From positions 70,817 through 134,816 of the IMG/VR virus record IMGVR_UViG_3300025676_000004: a DNA stretch of 64,000 nucleotides; one strand, 5' to 3'. This document shows, piece after piece, positions 40,331 to 49,566 of this stretch (positions are counted from its first letter, which is position 1; each line of letters opens with the position of its first letter). Below the pieces are notes generated by a model. That model had not been told where the DNA came from and made no database searches. It was given only the letters and a program-made list of their open reading frames with translations. The position numbers and the translations under genes are program-made. This DNA comes from a virus. Taxonomy: Duplodnaviria; Caudoviricetes.

Positions 40331-40663
40331 ATGGCAGACGAATCAACATACCCAAACATCCCTAGACGACCCAATTTTACCGATATCCGCACAATGCAGA
40401 TTTTTGACCCTGCGGTAATTGGAAATTCAACAACAACTGCTTCTTGGGTCCAATTAGATACAACTGGTGCTACATTGGAAAATGGTGTAAGAATTAAAAA
40501 CACAGATGCAGCCAATATCGCATTGATATCTGTAACAGGATTAACAGCAGAAGGGTTCTGGTTGACAGGCGGCGAAGAGGTATTTTTAGAGGTTAGACAA
40601 CTATCTAATGTTTATATTAAAAATCAAAGTGGCGCCTCCGCATTGACTTTTATTGCAAGTTGA
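40331..40663 (+). CDS. Hypothetical (probably virion) protein
   Basis: Beta-rich ORF with RBS, divergent from late-type motifs at 40279-40293. Confidence 0.6.
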   Translation: MADESTYPNIPRRPNFTDIRTMQIFDPAVIGNSTTTASWVQLDTTGATLENGVRIKNTDAANIALISVTGLTAEGFWLTGGEEVFLEVRQLSNVYIKNQSGASALTFIAS

Positions 40664-40673
40664 GAAATATCTA

Positions 40674-41336
40674 ATGGGATTTGATAGATTAAAAAGTGGT
40701 CCAGGCGGCCGTAAAGGTAGACATAGAGGTGTGAATTCTATGCGGGCGGTTAGTCGTAAAAAACGATTACCTCATAATTTTGCCAATTATAATATATCAC
40801 CACCATCAACTACTACTATATCATCCACAGGAACACAAACATATACTGTACCAAGTCGTGTAGACACACTCATCATCACAATGTATGGTGCAGGTGGCGG
40901 TGGTGGTAGAGCAACTGGTGGTAGAAGTGGTACAACCAATGGTTTTGGCGCAGGTTCTGGTTCAAAGTGTGTTATTACTCTTAATGAAGTACAATCTGGT
41001 ACAGTAATTTCTTTTGATGTTGGTGCCGGCGGAGAAAAGAGTGCAGGTATAGAAGCAAACGGAAATGATGGTGGAGATACCACACTCACATTTGGTGGTA
41101 CGACTTATACAGCAGGCGGTGGTAACGGTGGTAAGGATGGAGATGTGTCTTGTAGTGGGTGTGGAGATGGTGGCACTGCAACAAATGGTGATACCAACAC
41201 ATCAGGTAATAATAATTCAGCACGAATTGGTGGATTATCTTTAGGTGATTCGGCAGGAGCAGGTGGAATTGGTTCTGACAATTCTTCTATACAAACACAT
41301 GCTGATGGTGATGATGGTAAAGTAATCATTTCGTGA
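40674..41336 (+). CDS. Glycine-rich tail-fibre-like protein
   Basis: YTVP, GAGGGGG, VGAGG, TAGGG.GG, DG.VII. Confidence 0.7.
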   Translation: MGFDRLKSGPGGRKGRHRGVNSMRAVSRKKRLPHNFANYNISPPSTTTISSTGTQTYTVPSRVDTLIITMYGAGGGGGRATGGRSGTTNGFGAGSGSKCVITLNEVQSGTVISFDVGAGGEKSAGIEANGNDGGDTTLTFGGTTYTAGGGNGGKDGDVSCSGCGDGGTATNGDTNTSGNNNSARIGGLSLGDSAGAGGIGSDNSSIQTHADGDDGKVIIS

Positions 41337-41842
41337 CACGAATTAAAGTGAACATACCCGAAGCAGTTTCGGGTGATTTTAGAATTGAGAAAATTAAAAC
41401 AGACCACTATTGTGGCAGTGATGAACCGTTAGATACCTATACGGTTCTTTTTAATCCACACCACAATATAATGCAAGACACCACAAGAGAATATAAAGAA
41501 CACGAACAGTTCCTAAAAGATGCACACGGTGATGTATTGGTCGCAGGTCTTGGTATTGGTATGATTCACCAATCACTCATCGACAATCCCAATGTAAAAT
41601 CTGTAACCATTGTAGAGAAGTATCAAGAAGTAATTGATATGGTATGGGAACACTGTCCGAAAGATGGAACTTTCAGATTAGTTCACGCAGACATCTATGA
41701 ATGGCAACCCGATTCCAAATGGGATATGGGGTGGTTTGATTCTTGGGTTGGTGAGAACGAACAAAACGAATATAAGAAATTAATGAAAGAACAATATGGT
41801 TCTTCTGTTTCTGATATTCGGTTTTGGAATAGGATGGCGTAA
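41333..41842 (+). CDS. SAM-dependent methyltransferase (spermidine-synthase-like fold)
   Basis: GDVLVAGLGIG, VTIVEK, AD, WFDSW. Confidence 0.7.
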   Translation: MTRIKVNIPEAVSGDFRIEKIKTDHYCGSDEPLDTYTVLFNPHHNIMQDTTREYKEHEQFLKDAHGDVLVAGLGIGMIHQSLIDNPNVKSVTIVEKYQEVIDMVWEHCPKDGTFRLVHADIYEWQPDSKWDMGWFDSWVGENEQNEYKKLMKEQYGSSVSDIRFWNRMA

Positions 41843-41915
41843 CACACCCGGCAGGACTCGAACCTGCGACTGCCGGATTAGAAATCCGATACTCTATCCA
41901 CTGAGTTACGGGTGC
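41843..41915 (-). tRNA. tRNA-Arg(TCT)
   Basis: Cloverleaf; GTTCGAGTC T-loop; anticodon loop TTTCTAA. Confidence 0.93.
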
Positions 41916-41925
41916 AGAATTCTAC

Positions 41926-42060
41926 TTATCTTTTTTTTGGTTTGATTAGTTTGGAATCTTTTTTTGGTTTCTTCCTAAAACATTTTTCCCAATTCTTACG
42001 ATATTGGTCTTCATCAGTAGGCCTACGCTTACTGCCTTTTCCTGCTTGACCGTCAACCAT
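41926..42060 (-). CDS. Small basic phage protein (44 aa)
   Basis: Manually read ORF: GKGSKRRPTDEDQYRKNWEKCF. Confidence 0.6.
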   Translation of the reverse strand: MVDGQAGKGSKRRPTDEDQYRKNWEKCFRKKPKKDSKLIKPKKR

Positions 42061-42274
42061 CGCAGTCACAACACTTACCCATAATTCGTTTCAACAAACT
42101 ACATTTCGTAGTTCTGCAACATTCAACATCCCAACAATCACCTTCTGTAATTTCGGATGGAACTTTTTCAATATTATCCATTGCTCGTTCTGATGTTTTT
42201 TGAGTTTCTTTTTCTGTTAGCATTACTGTAACGGAAACGCCGTCAATCACAACTTTACCATAATAATAATTCAT
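42053..42274 (-). CDS. Small Cys-rich hypothetical protein
   Basis: AGGAG RBS, ORF. Confidence 0.6.
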   Translation of the reverse strand: MNYYYGKVVIDGVSVTVMLTEKETQKTSERAMDNIEKVPSEITEGDCWDVECCRTTKCSLLKRIMGKCCDCDG

Positions 42275-42286
42275 ACCAATTCTCCT

Positions 42287-42898
42287 TTAAATATCAATCT
42301 CTTGCCAATCTTTTTCTGCAACCAAATGCATTGACCAATTTCCGAATCCTGTTTGTGGGGATTCTACTGTTTCACCAACTTCTTCAAAGATGAATGGTCT
42401 ACCATTTACCATTGAAGTATAAATCGGTGAATCATATCCCATACGACCTTTCGCAAACACTTCTTTCTTTCCATATCCCAACCAATTGTTTTCACACTTA
42501 TTTGTACCAATCAGATATGCTTTACTGTCACCCTTGATTGCTCCCTTTGGAACAAACAAAATAGAATCTTGGTCAAACATCTCACCAAACTCTCGCAAAT
42601 CCTTTTCAAGATTTCCGTTGTCCACCAAGTCAACTACGAAGTAACTAATCTCAGTAACACTCTTGCCACCTTCTGGATATTTGCCGTGTAGTTTAGTAAC
42701 ACCATATCCCTTGCTCTTTAGTTTGGCAAGAAGTGACTTGTTTCGTTGTGCGTTTTGTTTATTGGTGAAAGGTGTTCCTTCACCACAATCTGGTCCTTTG
42801 CGGAACGCCGTCAATGCACCACAATTGTGTTCTTCGTTATGTTTCCATAAACGAGAGAGTGATGACTCGTTGATAAATTGTTTATATTGTTTACTCAT
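42287..42898 (-). CDS. Conserved T4-like hypothetical protein
   Basis: NESSLSRL, TAFR, G.Y.E, FDQDSILF. Confidence 0.75.
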   Translation of the reverse strand: MSKQYKQFINESSLSRLWKHNEEHNCGALTAFRKGPDCGEGTPFTNKQNAQRNKSLLAKLKSKGYGVTKLHGKYPEGGKSVTEISYFVVDLVDNGNLEKDLREFGEMFDQDSILFVPKGAIKGDSKAYLIGTNKCENNWLGYGKKEVFAKGRMGYDSPIYTSMVNGRPFIFEEVGETVESPQTGFGNWSMHLVAEKDWQEIDI

Positions 42899-43078
42899 CG
42901 CAATTCTTCTTTAGATTTCCTTCGTGAATTCTTAGGACACTTGGTTTTCTTACCCCAAGTCTTTGCCCTATTTATAGGAGTTCCGTTACCGTCCCTCTCT
43001 GATGTTTTGTCTTTTGTTGTTTGTTTCATCATAAAGTATTTATACAAGTTTCGCCATATTCCGTTCACTCATACTAAT

Positions 43079-43106
43079 ATTATACTCTATAATTATACAA
43101 TGTCAA
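43079..43106 (-). promoter_or_regulatory. Promoter TTGACA-N16-TATAAT, ATG 6 nt downstream
   Basis: Perfect hexamers on the minus strand. Confidence 0.8.
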
Positions 43107-43135
43107 ATGAATAAACTGTGCTATACTCTGCAAAA

Positions 43136-43209
43136 CGAGATGGAAGGGACTCGAACCCTCAACCTTCGGCTCGACAGGCCGATGTTCTAACCAATTGAAC
43201 TACCATCCC
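43136..43209 (-). tRNA. tRNA-Asp(GTC)
   Basis: Cloverleaf; anticodon loop CTGTCGA. Confidence 0.93.
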
Positions 43210-43215
43210 AAAAAA

Positions 43216-43580
43216 GACGGCAGGGAATCTTTTCTCTCTCCCAAAAAAAGACTCTACCTGCCGCCCACTTCATAAAATTAAATCGTTCCTAGTGAGGGCC
43301 ACTCACTCTAGTCCTAATGAATCCTACATCATCTTCACACCCGAAGGTGTCACCGAAGGCCTTGTAACGGAAGGAACGAATTATTTATACGGCGGTTTGG
43401 ATAAGCGTTGCGTTTTTCACTTCGTCCAATTAGTCCCTCTGTCTAGAACTTGGGATTACTGATTGTGCTTATGCACCACCGATTTGTTCAGTCACGGAGT
43501 TTGTACAGGTCATGACCCCTGCACTTTTTTATTCAATTATCAAAGAAATCCGATGATGGGGTTTCCCCCACCATCAGAGG
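43216..43580 (-). ncRNA. Candidate structured non-coding RNA(s) upstream of tRNA-Asp
   Basis: ORF-poor, GC-richer stretch with multiple stems, UUCG and GAAA loops, and an internal TATAAATA. Confidence 0.5.
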
Positions 43581-43602
43581 GGGCGTCAATTCAAAACTTG
43601 TA

Positions 43603-43854
43603 TCAAACAAGTCCTGCCTTGATTGCGAATGGGTTGTCAGTGTAACCACTAAAATCCATTCCATAACAAATAACACCGTTGTCAAGTGTGCGTGTGGAAA
43701 CTTCCCAATTTCCGTATGCTTCAACTTGACCTTTGATGTTGCTCATAGTTGCACGAAGATTCTTCACACCAAAACGGCTGTATGCTTGCTTAGGTGTGAT
43801 GTCATTACCACGGGCAAGGTGGTTGATAACTCGTTGTTTCTTTGTGTAGGTCAT
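43603..43854 (-). CDS. Winged-HTH DNA-binding protein
   Basis: KKQRVINHLARG..ITPKQA.SRFGVKNLRA. Confidence 0.7.
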   Translation of the reverse strand: MTYTKKQRVINHLARGNDITPKQAYSRFGVKNLRATMSNIKGQVEAYGNWEVSTRTLDNGVICYGMDFSGYTDNPFAIKAGLV

Positions 43855-43937
43855 AATAAAAACTCCAATATACGGTACTTCAAAATTCAAAGGTTGGATG
43901 TCACCGCAAGCATCTGTTCCCTTATTGTTATAATAGT

Positions 43938-43965
43938 ATTATAGACTATATTGAACGCCGTTCAA
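43938..43965 (-). promoter_or_regulatory. Promoter TTGAAC-N16-TATAAT
   Basis: Hexamers on the minus strand upstream of the HTH gene. Confidence 0.7.
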
Positions 43966-44183
43966 GTCTTTTTTTGTACGAATTCGTAAATTTTTTCTGC
44001 TTCGTTCCGAATGGCTTCTGTTGATGGAAATTCTGGTCTTTCCTTAACAGGGCATTCGCCTGTTAGTTGCTCATCAAATTGCCAGTTGTTCCAAACTTCG
44101 TGGTCTGAATAGAACTTGTCTAATAGACCTTGCTTTGCTTCTTGCCAAATTTCAAACCGTAAACTGTAAGGGTTGTCACTCAT
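43962..44183 (-). CDS. Conserved small T4-like protein
   Basis: NPYSLR.EI..EAK...FP....I..EAEKIYEFV; AAGGAG RBS. Confidence 0.7.
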   Translation of the reverse strand: MSDNPYSLRFEIWQEAKQGLLDKFYSDHEVWNNWQFDEQLTGECPVKERPEFPSTEAIRNEAEKIYEFVQKKT

Positions 44184-44216
44184 TTTATTTCTCCTTGTGT
44201 GTATGTGCGACTGTGT

Positions 44217-44264
44217 GTTGAGAACACCGTGTTCTCGTAAGTTGAGAACACCGTGTTCTCGTAA
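44217..44264. repeat. Tandem 24-bp repeat, each unit containing the palindrome GAGAACAC-C-GTGTTCTC
   Basis: GTTGAGAACACCGTGTTCTCGTAA x2. Confidence 0.95.
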
Positions 44265-44274
44265 TTATGTATAA

Positions 44275-44347
44275 TGGGTCGGGTGGGACTCGAACCCACG
44301 ACTCTCGCATTAAAAGTGCGATACTCTGCCGACTGAGTTACCGACCC
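44275..44347 (-). tRNA. tRNA-Lys(TTT)
   Basis: Cloverleaf; anticodon loop CTTTTAA. Confidence 0.93.
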
Positions 44348-44352
44348 GAAGG

Positions 44353-44733
44353 TCAGTGTTTCTTTATTATAGGTAACGGTGCTTCATAGTATATGTCGAG
44401 TCCAACTGCCTTTGCAGTATGCCATTCGGCCTTGGCGCCACGACTCTCTTCCCAACCCCACATCATATAAATTGCAGTACATTCTTCACAAATAACAACC
44501 AAGTCTCTCTTGAGTGCTTCACGCATAAATTCACGGTCTTCATAATTTGTTTCGGGGTCAAACTCTAAATGGCCGCCGGGGGGTTCTCCCTCTTCTCTAT
44601 CCATCTGAGCAGGATTGATAACTCGCCAACCTTGTTCTTCAAGAATTGTTGCTTGACGGTCGAACGCAGGGAAGTTTCCTTCCTCATATCCTCGCATCGG
44701 TCCTGCGATATAGATTGTTGGTTGTCTATTCAT
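44353..44733 (-). CDS. DUF4406 / nucleoside deoxyribosyltransferase-like protein
   Basis: IYIAGPMRG, NFPAF, INPA, GWEESRGAKAE. Confidence 0.82.
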   Translation of the reverse strand: MNRQPTIYIAGPMRGYEEGNFPAFDRQATILEEQGWRVINPAQMDREEGEPPGGHLEFDPETNYEDREFMREALKRDLVVICEECTAIYMMWGWEESRGAKAEWHTAKAVGLDIYYEAPLPIIKKH

Positions 44734-44936
44734 CCTGACTCTTCTTCAAATCGTGCTTTGATTTCCTGTTGAACATAATAATCTTCAAGGACTTCTCTAA
44801 GATTTTGATTTGCATCTCTCAGTTCATCTGAAAGTTTTTCAGCAATCCTCATATGTTTCCTATAATGTAACATACAGTTAAAAATATACAAGTTATAACC
44901 TATCAGAAAACAAATAATGATATATTCAAACATCAT
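44730..44936 (-). CDS. Small membrane-anchored protein
   Basis: N-terminal TM segment plus coiled coil. Confidence 0.55.
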   Translation of the reverse strand: MMFEYIIICFLIGYNLYIFNCMLHYRKHMRIAEKLSDELRDANQNLREVLEDYYVQQEIKARFEEESG

Positions 44937-45582
44937 TCCACTCTTTTAATATGACCTTCGCCTCGTTATCACCACGGGTCTTCAGTATCTCTTGACCCTT
45001 CAGACCAATCCAAGCATCGAATTCATTGGTAAACCTTGCACCACCGTTATCAATAACATCAGCACCCATAAACTCACCAGTGACAAAGCAGTATGCACAG
45101 TCAGAACCCATCGGTAAGATATACTTTGGGTCAAGCAATTTCTTACGAACCTCTTCAAGTTCTTCTTCAGACATATCTGGTTCTAATCGTTTTTCAATTG
45201 GGACCCAAGGAATATCGAAATCGCTCATTGCATATGCAAATGCAAGTGCCTCTGCACTCGCCCAAGATACATCATATTCTTCATACAGTTTATGAAACAA
45301 CACAGTCATATACTGTGCCTTCGCTTCTGTCATTTTTGATTCTTCCCAAGAAAAAGTATGGAATCCGTTTGGACTTGAAAATCCCCACATCTTCACTGTT
45401 CTTACACAGTCATCGCCAAACTTGACGAAGTAACCTTCTTCATCATGGATTTCTTCTGCCCAATCGCCGTCTTTGTCATATCCGTGTTCCATCATAACAG
45501 ACACACTGATATTTTTTTCTGTCAAGTAGGAATCTACTTCCTCTTGAGTCATTGAACATAGTCTTGATTTTTCTTTTTCCAT
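44926..45582 (-). CDS. Hypothetical protein (leaderless start)
   Basis: ORF; ATG 6 nt after the -10 box. Confidence 0.7.
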   Translation of the reverse strand: MEKEKSRLCSMTQEEVDSYLTEKNISVSVMMEHGYDKDGDWAEEIHDEEGYFVKFGDDCVRTVKMWGFSSPNGFHTFSWEESKMTEAKAQYMTVLFHKLYEEYDVSWASAEALAFAYAMSDFDIPWVPIEKRLEPDMSEEELEEVRKKLLDPKYILPMGSDCAYCFVTGEFMGADVIDNGGARFTNEFDAWIGLKGQEILKTRGDNEAKVILKEWNDV

Positions 45583-45588
45583 ACGCAT

Positions 45589-45616
45589 AGTATACCACAG
45601 ATAGAACGGAAGTCAA
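45589..45616 (-). promoter_or_regulatory. Promoter TTGACT-N16-TATACT
   Basis: Hexamers with TG extension. Confidence 0.75.
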
Positions 45617-45769
45617 CTACAAAGTGTATGCAAAATACATCACAGTCCATATGCCTAACATACAAACCACAGTGATAACGCCAATTGATATAAGTGCCAC
45701 TCTATATTTTCTTTGGCGTTCTCTTATTGCTTCTGGTGTTTCTTTTTTTTTGTAATAGATGTTTATCAC
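45617..45769 (-). CDS. Small membrane protein
   Basis: GTGA overlap with the guaC stop; C-terminal TM segment. Confidence 0.5.
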   Translation of the reverse strand: MINIYYKKKETPEAIRERQRKYRVALISIGVITVVCMLGIWTVMYFAYTL

Positions 45770-46809
45770 GAATCCCCAAATACCACATTCAACTGGCGAT
45801 TTACCCGAACGAATGTAGTACATTTCGGCAATTGCTTGATTGTCCTTGCACCTGTATAAGTACAGGCACTTCGCACCCCACCCATAATATCCTGTAGGGT
45901 ATTTTCTACAGCACCTCGACATGACACCTTCACTGTCTTACCCTCTGATGCTTTGTAGGTTGCGACACCACCACTATGCTTCTTCATAGCAGTATCACTA
46001 GACATACCATAGAACACCTTGTGAGACGCTCCTGAGTCGTCTGTAACGACTTCTCCTGCACATTCTTCGTGTCCTGCAAGCATTCCTCCCAACATAACGA
46101 AGTCTGCTCCTGCACCGAATGCTTTTGCAATGTCGCCAGGGCATTGACATCCACCATCCGCCATAATAAATCCGTTTAGTCCATGAGCGGCATCTGCACA
46201 TTCCATCACGGCGGATAATTGCGGGAAACCGACTCCCGCTTTTTTGCGAGTTGTGCAAACAGAACCTGGTCCGATGCCAATCTTTACAATGTCTGCACCC
46301 GCAAGGATAAGTGCTTCAGTCATTTCTGCTGTAACTACATTCCCTGCAATAATAATTTTCTCTGGCCACTTGTCCTTGACATCTTTTACAAAATCAACAA
46401 ATCGTTGAGTGTAACCGTTTGCAACATCCAAGCAGAAGAATGGTTTATGTTTGGCGAATTCAGAAAGATTACTCGCACCATCATTAGTGAGCAATTGCAT
46501 CTCTGCATCTTCATTCATTCCAAACGAAATTGCCAAGTTGTTATCTCCAAACGAATCACCATAATTCAAATGACTTATATGTTTACTTAAACAAGTCAAC
46601 ATACTATGCTTGGACAATGCTTCGCCCATTTCAAGTGTTCCGATTGTATCCATATTGGCGGCGACAATTGGAACACCAATCCATTCTTTGCCATTTTTGA
46701 ATATAAAGTTTCGGTATAAATCTACTTGCTTGCGGGAAGTTAGTGTTGACCTCTTTGGTCTAATAAGAACATCTGCATAATCAAGTTTCACATCATCTAA
46801 AATTTTCAT
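45766..46809 (-). CDS. guaC: GMP reductase
   Basis: [46 protein letters not shown]. Confidence 0.95.
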   Translation of the reverse strand: MKILDDVKLDYADVLIRPKRSTLTSRKQVDLYRNFIFKNGKEWIGVPIVAANMDTIGTLEMGEALSKHSMLTCLSKHISHLNYGDSFGDNNLAISFGMNEDAEMQLLTNDGASNLSEFAKHKPFFCLDVANGYTQRFVDFVKDVKDKWPEKIIIAGNVVTAEMTEALILAGADIVKIGIGPGSVCTTRKKAGVGFPQLSAVMECADAAHGLNGFIMADGGCQCPGDIAKAFGAGADFVMLGGMLAGHEECAGEVVTDDSGASHKVFYGMSSDTAMKKHSGGVATYKASEGKTVKVSCRGAVENTLQDIMGGVRSACTYTGARTIKQLPKCTTFVRVNRQLNVVFGDS

Positions 46810-46824
46810 TAATCAATCTCCAAG

Positions 46825-46897
46825 TGGGACGAGTGGGACTTGAACCCACGAAAATAGAGGTATAAACTCTACTGCTGATACCATCCGCTTCCGTCCC
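46825..46897 (-). tRNA. tRNA-Ile(TAT)
   Basis: Acceptor stem GGGACGG/TCGTCCC, anticodon loop TTTATAC, GTTCAAGTC; weak D-arm. Confidence 0.8.
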
Positions 46898-46913
46898 ATA
46901 TAATACACACATT

Positions 46914-47174
46914 CTACAGTGAAGTAGATTTAATGTCAATAGTAATCTTCTTATTACTTACATGACCATTTTCATTCTTGTCAAGGTAATTGGACTTCTG
47001 CCTGTCTTCATCAAAACCAAGACGATAACCAACTTTACTGACACCGTGCATTTCCATTTTCATACACTGATGTCTATCATCGTGAAACAACCATTCCATT
47101 AGATGTTGAGAAGTATGAATTGCCTTCTCTTCATCTGTTCCAAGTGGAATGTCAATATGTAATCTATATTGCAT
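46914..47174 (-). CDS. Hypothetical protein
   Basis: AAGGAG RBS before MQYRLHIDIPLG. Confidence 0.7.
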   Translation of the reverse strand: MQYRLHIDIPLGTDEEKAIHTSQHLMEWLFHDDRHQCMKMEMHGVSKVGYRLGFDEDRQKSNYLDKNENGHVSNKKITIDIKSTSL

Positions 47175-47193
47175 AACTAACTCCTTTGTAACA

Positions 47194-47266
47194 TACGAGT
47201 GGTGGGACTTGAACCCACACTTGAGGGATTTTAAGTCCCTTGCCTCTGCCATTGGGCTACACTCGC
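47194..47266 (-). tRNA. tRNA-Leu(TAA), short variable loop
   Basis: Cloverleaf; anticodon loop CTTAAAA; 73 nt. Confidence 0.9.
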
Positions 47267-47285
47267 TTAACTCTCTCAGGAAAAA

Positions 47286-47359
47286 TGACCCCAAGGAGAT
47301 TTGAACTCCTGTTTTCAGGATGAAAACCTGATGTCCTAACCGAACTAGACGATGGGGTC
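47286..47359 (-). tRNA. tRNA-Glu(TTC)
   Basis: Cloverleaf; anticodon loop TTTTCAT. Confidence 0.92.
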
Positions 47360-47365
47360 TACAAA

Positions 47366-47560
47366 TTATCCTGAAAGTGTGTTTCCAAAAGGTGGGTCGG
47401 TTTCCAACAACAACTTTTTAATATTGCCAGAATCTACCCATTCGGTTTGTCCATCTGTATATGAAACTTGAACCTCATTGGTATCTTCATTGATTGCCAA
47501 TACATTACCTGTTTTTAGATTATCTGAATTGACAACACTATCACCTACATTATGATTCAT
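47366..47560 (-). CDS. Small SH3/KOW-like hypothetical protein
   Basis: VGD.V....G.V....V.Y.DG..EWV. Confidence 0.55.
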   Translation of the reverse strand: MNHNVGDSVVNSDNLKTGNVLAINEDTNEVQVSYTDGQTEWVDSGNIKKLLLETDPPFGNTLSG

Positions 47561-47795
47561 CTGTATTTTCCTTTGCAAAATCAAACGACATTTGCTCGGT
47601 ATCTTCTTGTGCAATATAATTCCTTACTTCAAGAATCAATTCAACAAGATTATCAAGTTCGTCTACGGTATAACCATCCATCGCTTCTTTAACATTCCAG
47701 TTATTGAATGTTGCCAATAATTCGTTATCAAAACCATCTACCACTTCGATTGATGGTGATGGATTTCCTTCAACTTTTGAATTAAATATTTTCAT
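47550..47795 (-). CDS. Hypothetical protein
   Basis: ORF in the operon. Confidence 0.6.
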   Translation of the reverse strand: MKIFNSKVEGNPSPSIEVVDGFDNELLATFNNWNVKEAMDGYTVDELDNLVELILEVRNYIAQEDTEQMSFDFAKENTDES

Positions 47796-48264
47796 TTACA
47801 ATCTCCTTCAACTCTACATCAATATTTTCACTTGTTGTAAATTTGTTTACCGAATCTACACGAAAAGAACGCCAACCATTTTTGTCAGTACACCACGCAG
47901 AAATTACTTCTTGCTTTGAAACAGTATTGTTACCTTTTGGGTGGTGTTCTTCGGGAATTTGGTAGAAGTCTAATGTGCAAGGCATCACTCGTTCTTCGCC
48001 ATTCTTCTTTGTAAAAGTCACTTCACAAATACCTTTGCTCAATTCATTTTTCATTACATTATAAGAGAAAATCTCTTTAACATTTTTTGGGAAAATCCCA
48101 GTTCGTTCAATCTTCATAAAATCTCCATTCTCTAATTGTATTGTATCAATGTCTCCAGACAAATCAACTTCAACCAACTTTGCATCAATCATATCACCGT
48201 GAATGTCTTTGGCGATTACATCATCGCCAAGACTAATCATATAACCAGAACCTTTATCACTCAT
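47782..48264 (-). CDS. WYL-like (SH3-fold) T4-family protein
   Basis: VTFTKKNGEERVMPCTL, WRSFRVDSV. Confidence 0.75.
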   Translation of the reverse strand: MSDKGSGYMISLGDDVIAKDIHGDMIDAKLVEVDLSGDIDTIQLENGDFMKIERTGIFPKNVKEIFSYNVMKNELSKGICEVTFTKKNGEERVMPCTLDFYQIPEEHHPKGNNTVSKQEVISAWCTDKNGWRSFRVDSVNKFTTSENIDVELKEIVNENI

Positions 48265-48653
48265 CTTGGAAGTCCTTCATAACCACTGGTTTGTTGTTCG
48301 CTCGTAACGATTTCTGTACCAGTTTCGGTAACAGTACCGTCAGGATTTAGAATACGCCGAGTCGTGGACTTGTGTGTTGCGTAACCTTTACGCTCTCGTC
48401 TTTGCCACTCTTCGTATCGTACACGCTCTTCGGCCGCCGCAACTTGTGCCGCAGTCTTTTGCTTATTGTCCTTATCGACTTCTTCGAGAATTAGACCAGA
48501 AGCGGCACCAATACCTGCACCAATCAAAGTTGCAGTAGTGTTACCACCAATCGCTTGACCTGCAAGGGCGCCAATACCTGCACCCGCCAGTGTTCCACAA
48601 CCACCCATTATAAGGGTAGTTCCAATTAAAATTGTAATAGTTGCTTTACGCAT
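48261..48653 (-). CDS. Glycine-zipper lipoprotein
   Basis: Signal peptide ..GGC, GAGIGALAGQAIGG..T.IGAGIGA. Confidence 0.75.
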   Translation of the reverse strand: MRKATITILIGTTLIMGGCGTLAGAGIGALAGQAIGGNTTATLIGAGIGAASGLILEEVDKDNKQKTAAQVAAAEERVRYEEWQRRERKGYATHKSTTRRILNPDGTVTETGTEIVTSEQQTSGYEGLPR

Positions 48654-48673
48654 TATTATCTCCTTTTTTTATT

Positions 48674-48793
48674 TTAGTTAAACATCATTTGACTAATGTT
48701 GTAACCGATACCAAACAAAAATCCAATAACGACAATACCAATAGTAAGTCCTAAAATATACATTGGATTGTTTTTATCTTCTTCACTCATCAT
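48674..48793 (-). CDS. Small membrane protein (39 aa)
   Basis: AAGGAG RBS directly after the promoter; one TM segment. Confidence 0.6.
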   Translation of the reverse strand: MMSEEDKNNPMYILGLTIGIVVIGFLFGIGYNISQMMFN

Positions 48794-48802
48794 TATCTCC
48801 TT

Positions 48803-48830
48803 ATTATACACCAATTAAAACAAGTGTCAA
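48803..48830 (-). promoter_or_regulatory. Promoter TTGACA-N16-TATAAT
   Basis: Perfect hexamers. Confidence 0.85.
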
Positions 48831-48846
48831 GAATATTTATCACGAT

Positions 48847-49197
48847 TCACAACACATCCTCAGTCCAGATTCGGTCTGCAAGTTTATATTGCAGACTGTT
48901 TGCTTCTCGTTCACCCTCGCCTTGCCATTCGCCAGTAATATATTGTTTGACATGAACCATCTCATGTACAATAGTTGCCACGATGTCCCGCATAGATTGA
49001 TTGATAGAAATTTCGATGTCGTATCCGCCATCATCATTCTCTATACAAGTACCATCACAGTCATTCATCACTTTTAGTTCAAGATTTATGTCCGTATAGA
49101 GATGGTCAATCTCTTGAAAGTAATTGATACACCAATCGACTACACTATGCGCCATATACTTTTCGTACTTTTCAACTTTACCTGTTACTTCAATCAT
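48847..49197 (-). CDS. Putative zincin metallopeptidase
   Basis: HEMVHVKQY followed by E.EA. Confidence 0.72.
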   Translation of the reverse strand: MIEVTGKVEKYEKYMAHSVVDWCINYFQEIDHLYTDINLELKVMNDCDGTCIENDDGGYDIEISINQSMRDIVATIVHEMVHVKQYITGEWQGEGEREANSLQYKLADRIWTEDVL

Positions 49198-49200
49198 ATT

Positions 49201-49566
49201 TTATGCCTTCATTCCATAATTTGGTTGCCCAGATGTTGGTGTGGTTATGAATTTAAGAATATTAGACCCCTTCCGTGGCGGAACAGAATCGTCCCGAACC
49301 CACCCATTATTTATTGCAGTTTCCCATACATTCCGTGCATTTTCAAGACTCAATACTTCTCTCTTATTGCTATAGCGACCAGTAGCATCACCTTTCACAT
49401 TCACCCAAAAGACAAGTGTAGATGATGCCGCATCATCAACATACACCAGAATCCGATTGTATGATGCCTTGGGATTCCGAATACCATAGAAGGTATGAAA
49501 TTCTGGTTTCTCCCAGTGAAAGTCATCACCAACCCAAGGTTCGCCTGTGTTTGGATTCAGTTTCAT
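49201..49566 (-). CDS. Hypothetical protein, AR..W...G[WYF] family
   Basis: LSLENARNVWETAINNGW. Confidence 0.65.
   Translation of the reverse strand: MKLNPNTGEPWVGDDFHWEKPEFHTFYGIRNPKASYNRILVYVDDAASSTLVFWVNVKGDATGRYSNKREVLSLENARNVWETAINNGWVRDDSVPPRKGSNILKFITTPTSGQPNYGMKA

Noticed and set aside
44217-44264. Possible mini-CRISPR array
   Set aside because: Two repeats abut with no spacer, and no cas genes are present
46914-47294. Long version of the ORF starting at 47294
   Set aside because: It overlaps tRNA-Leu and tRNA-Glu; the true start is 47174, with an RBS
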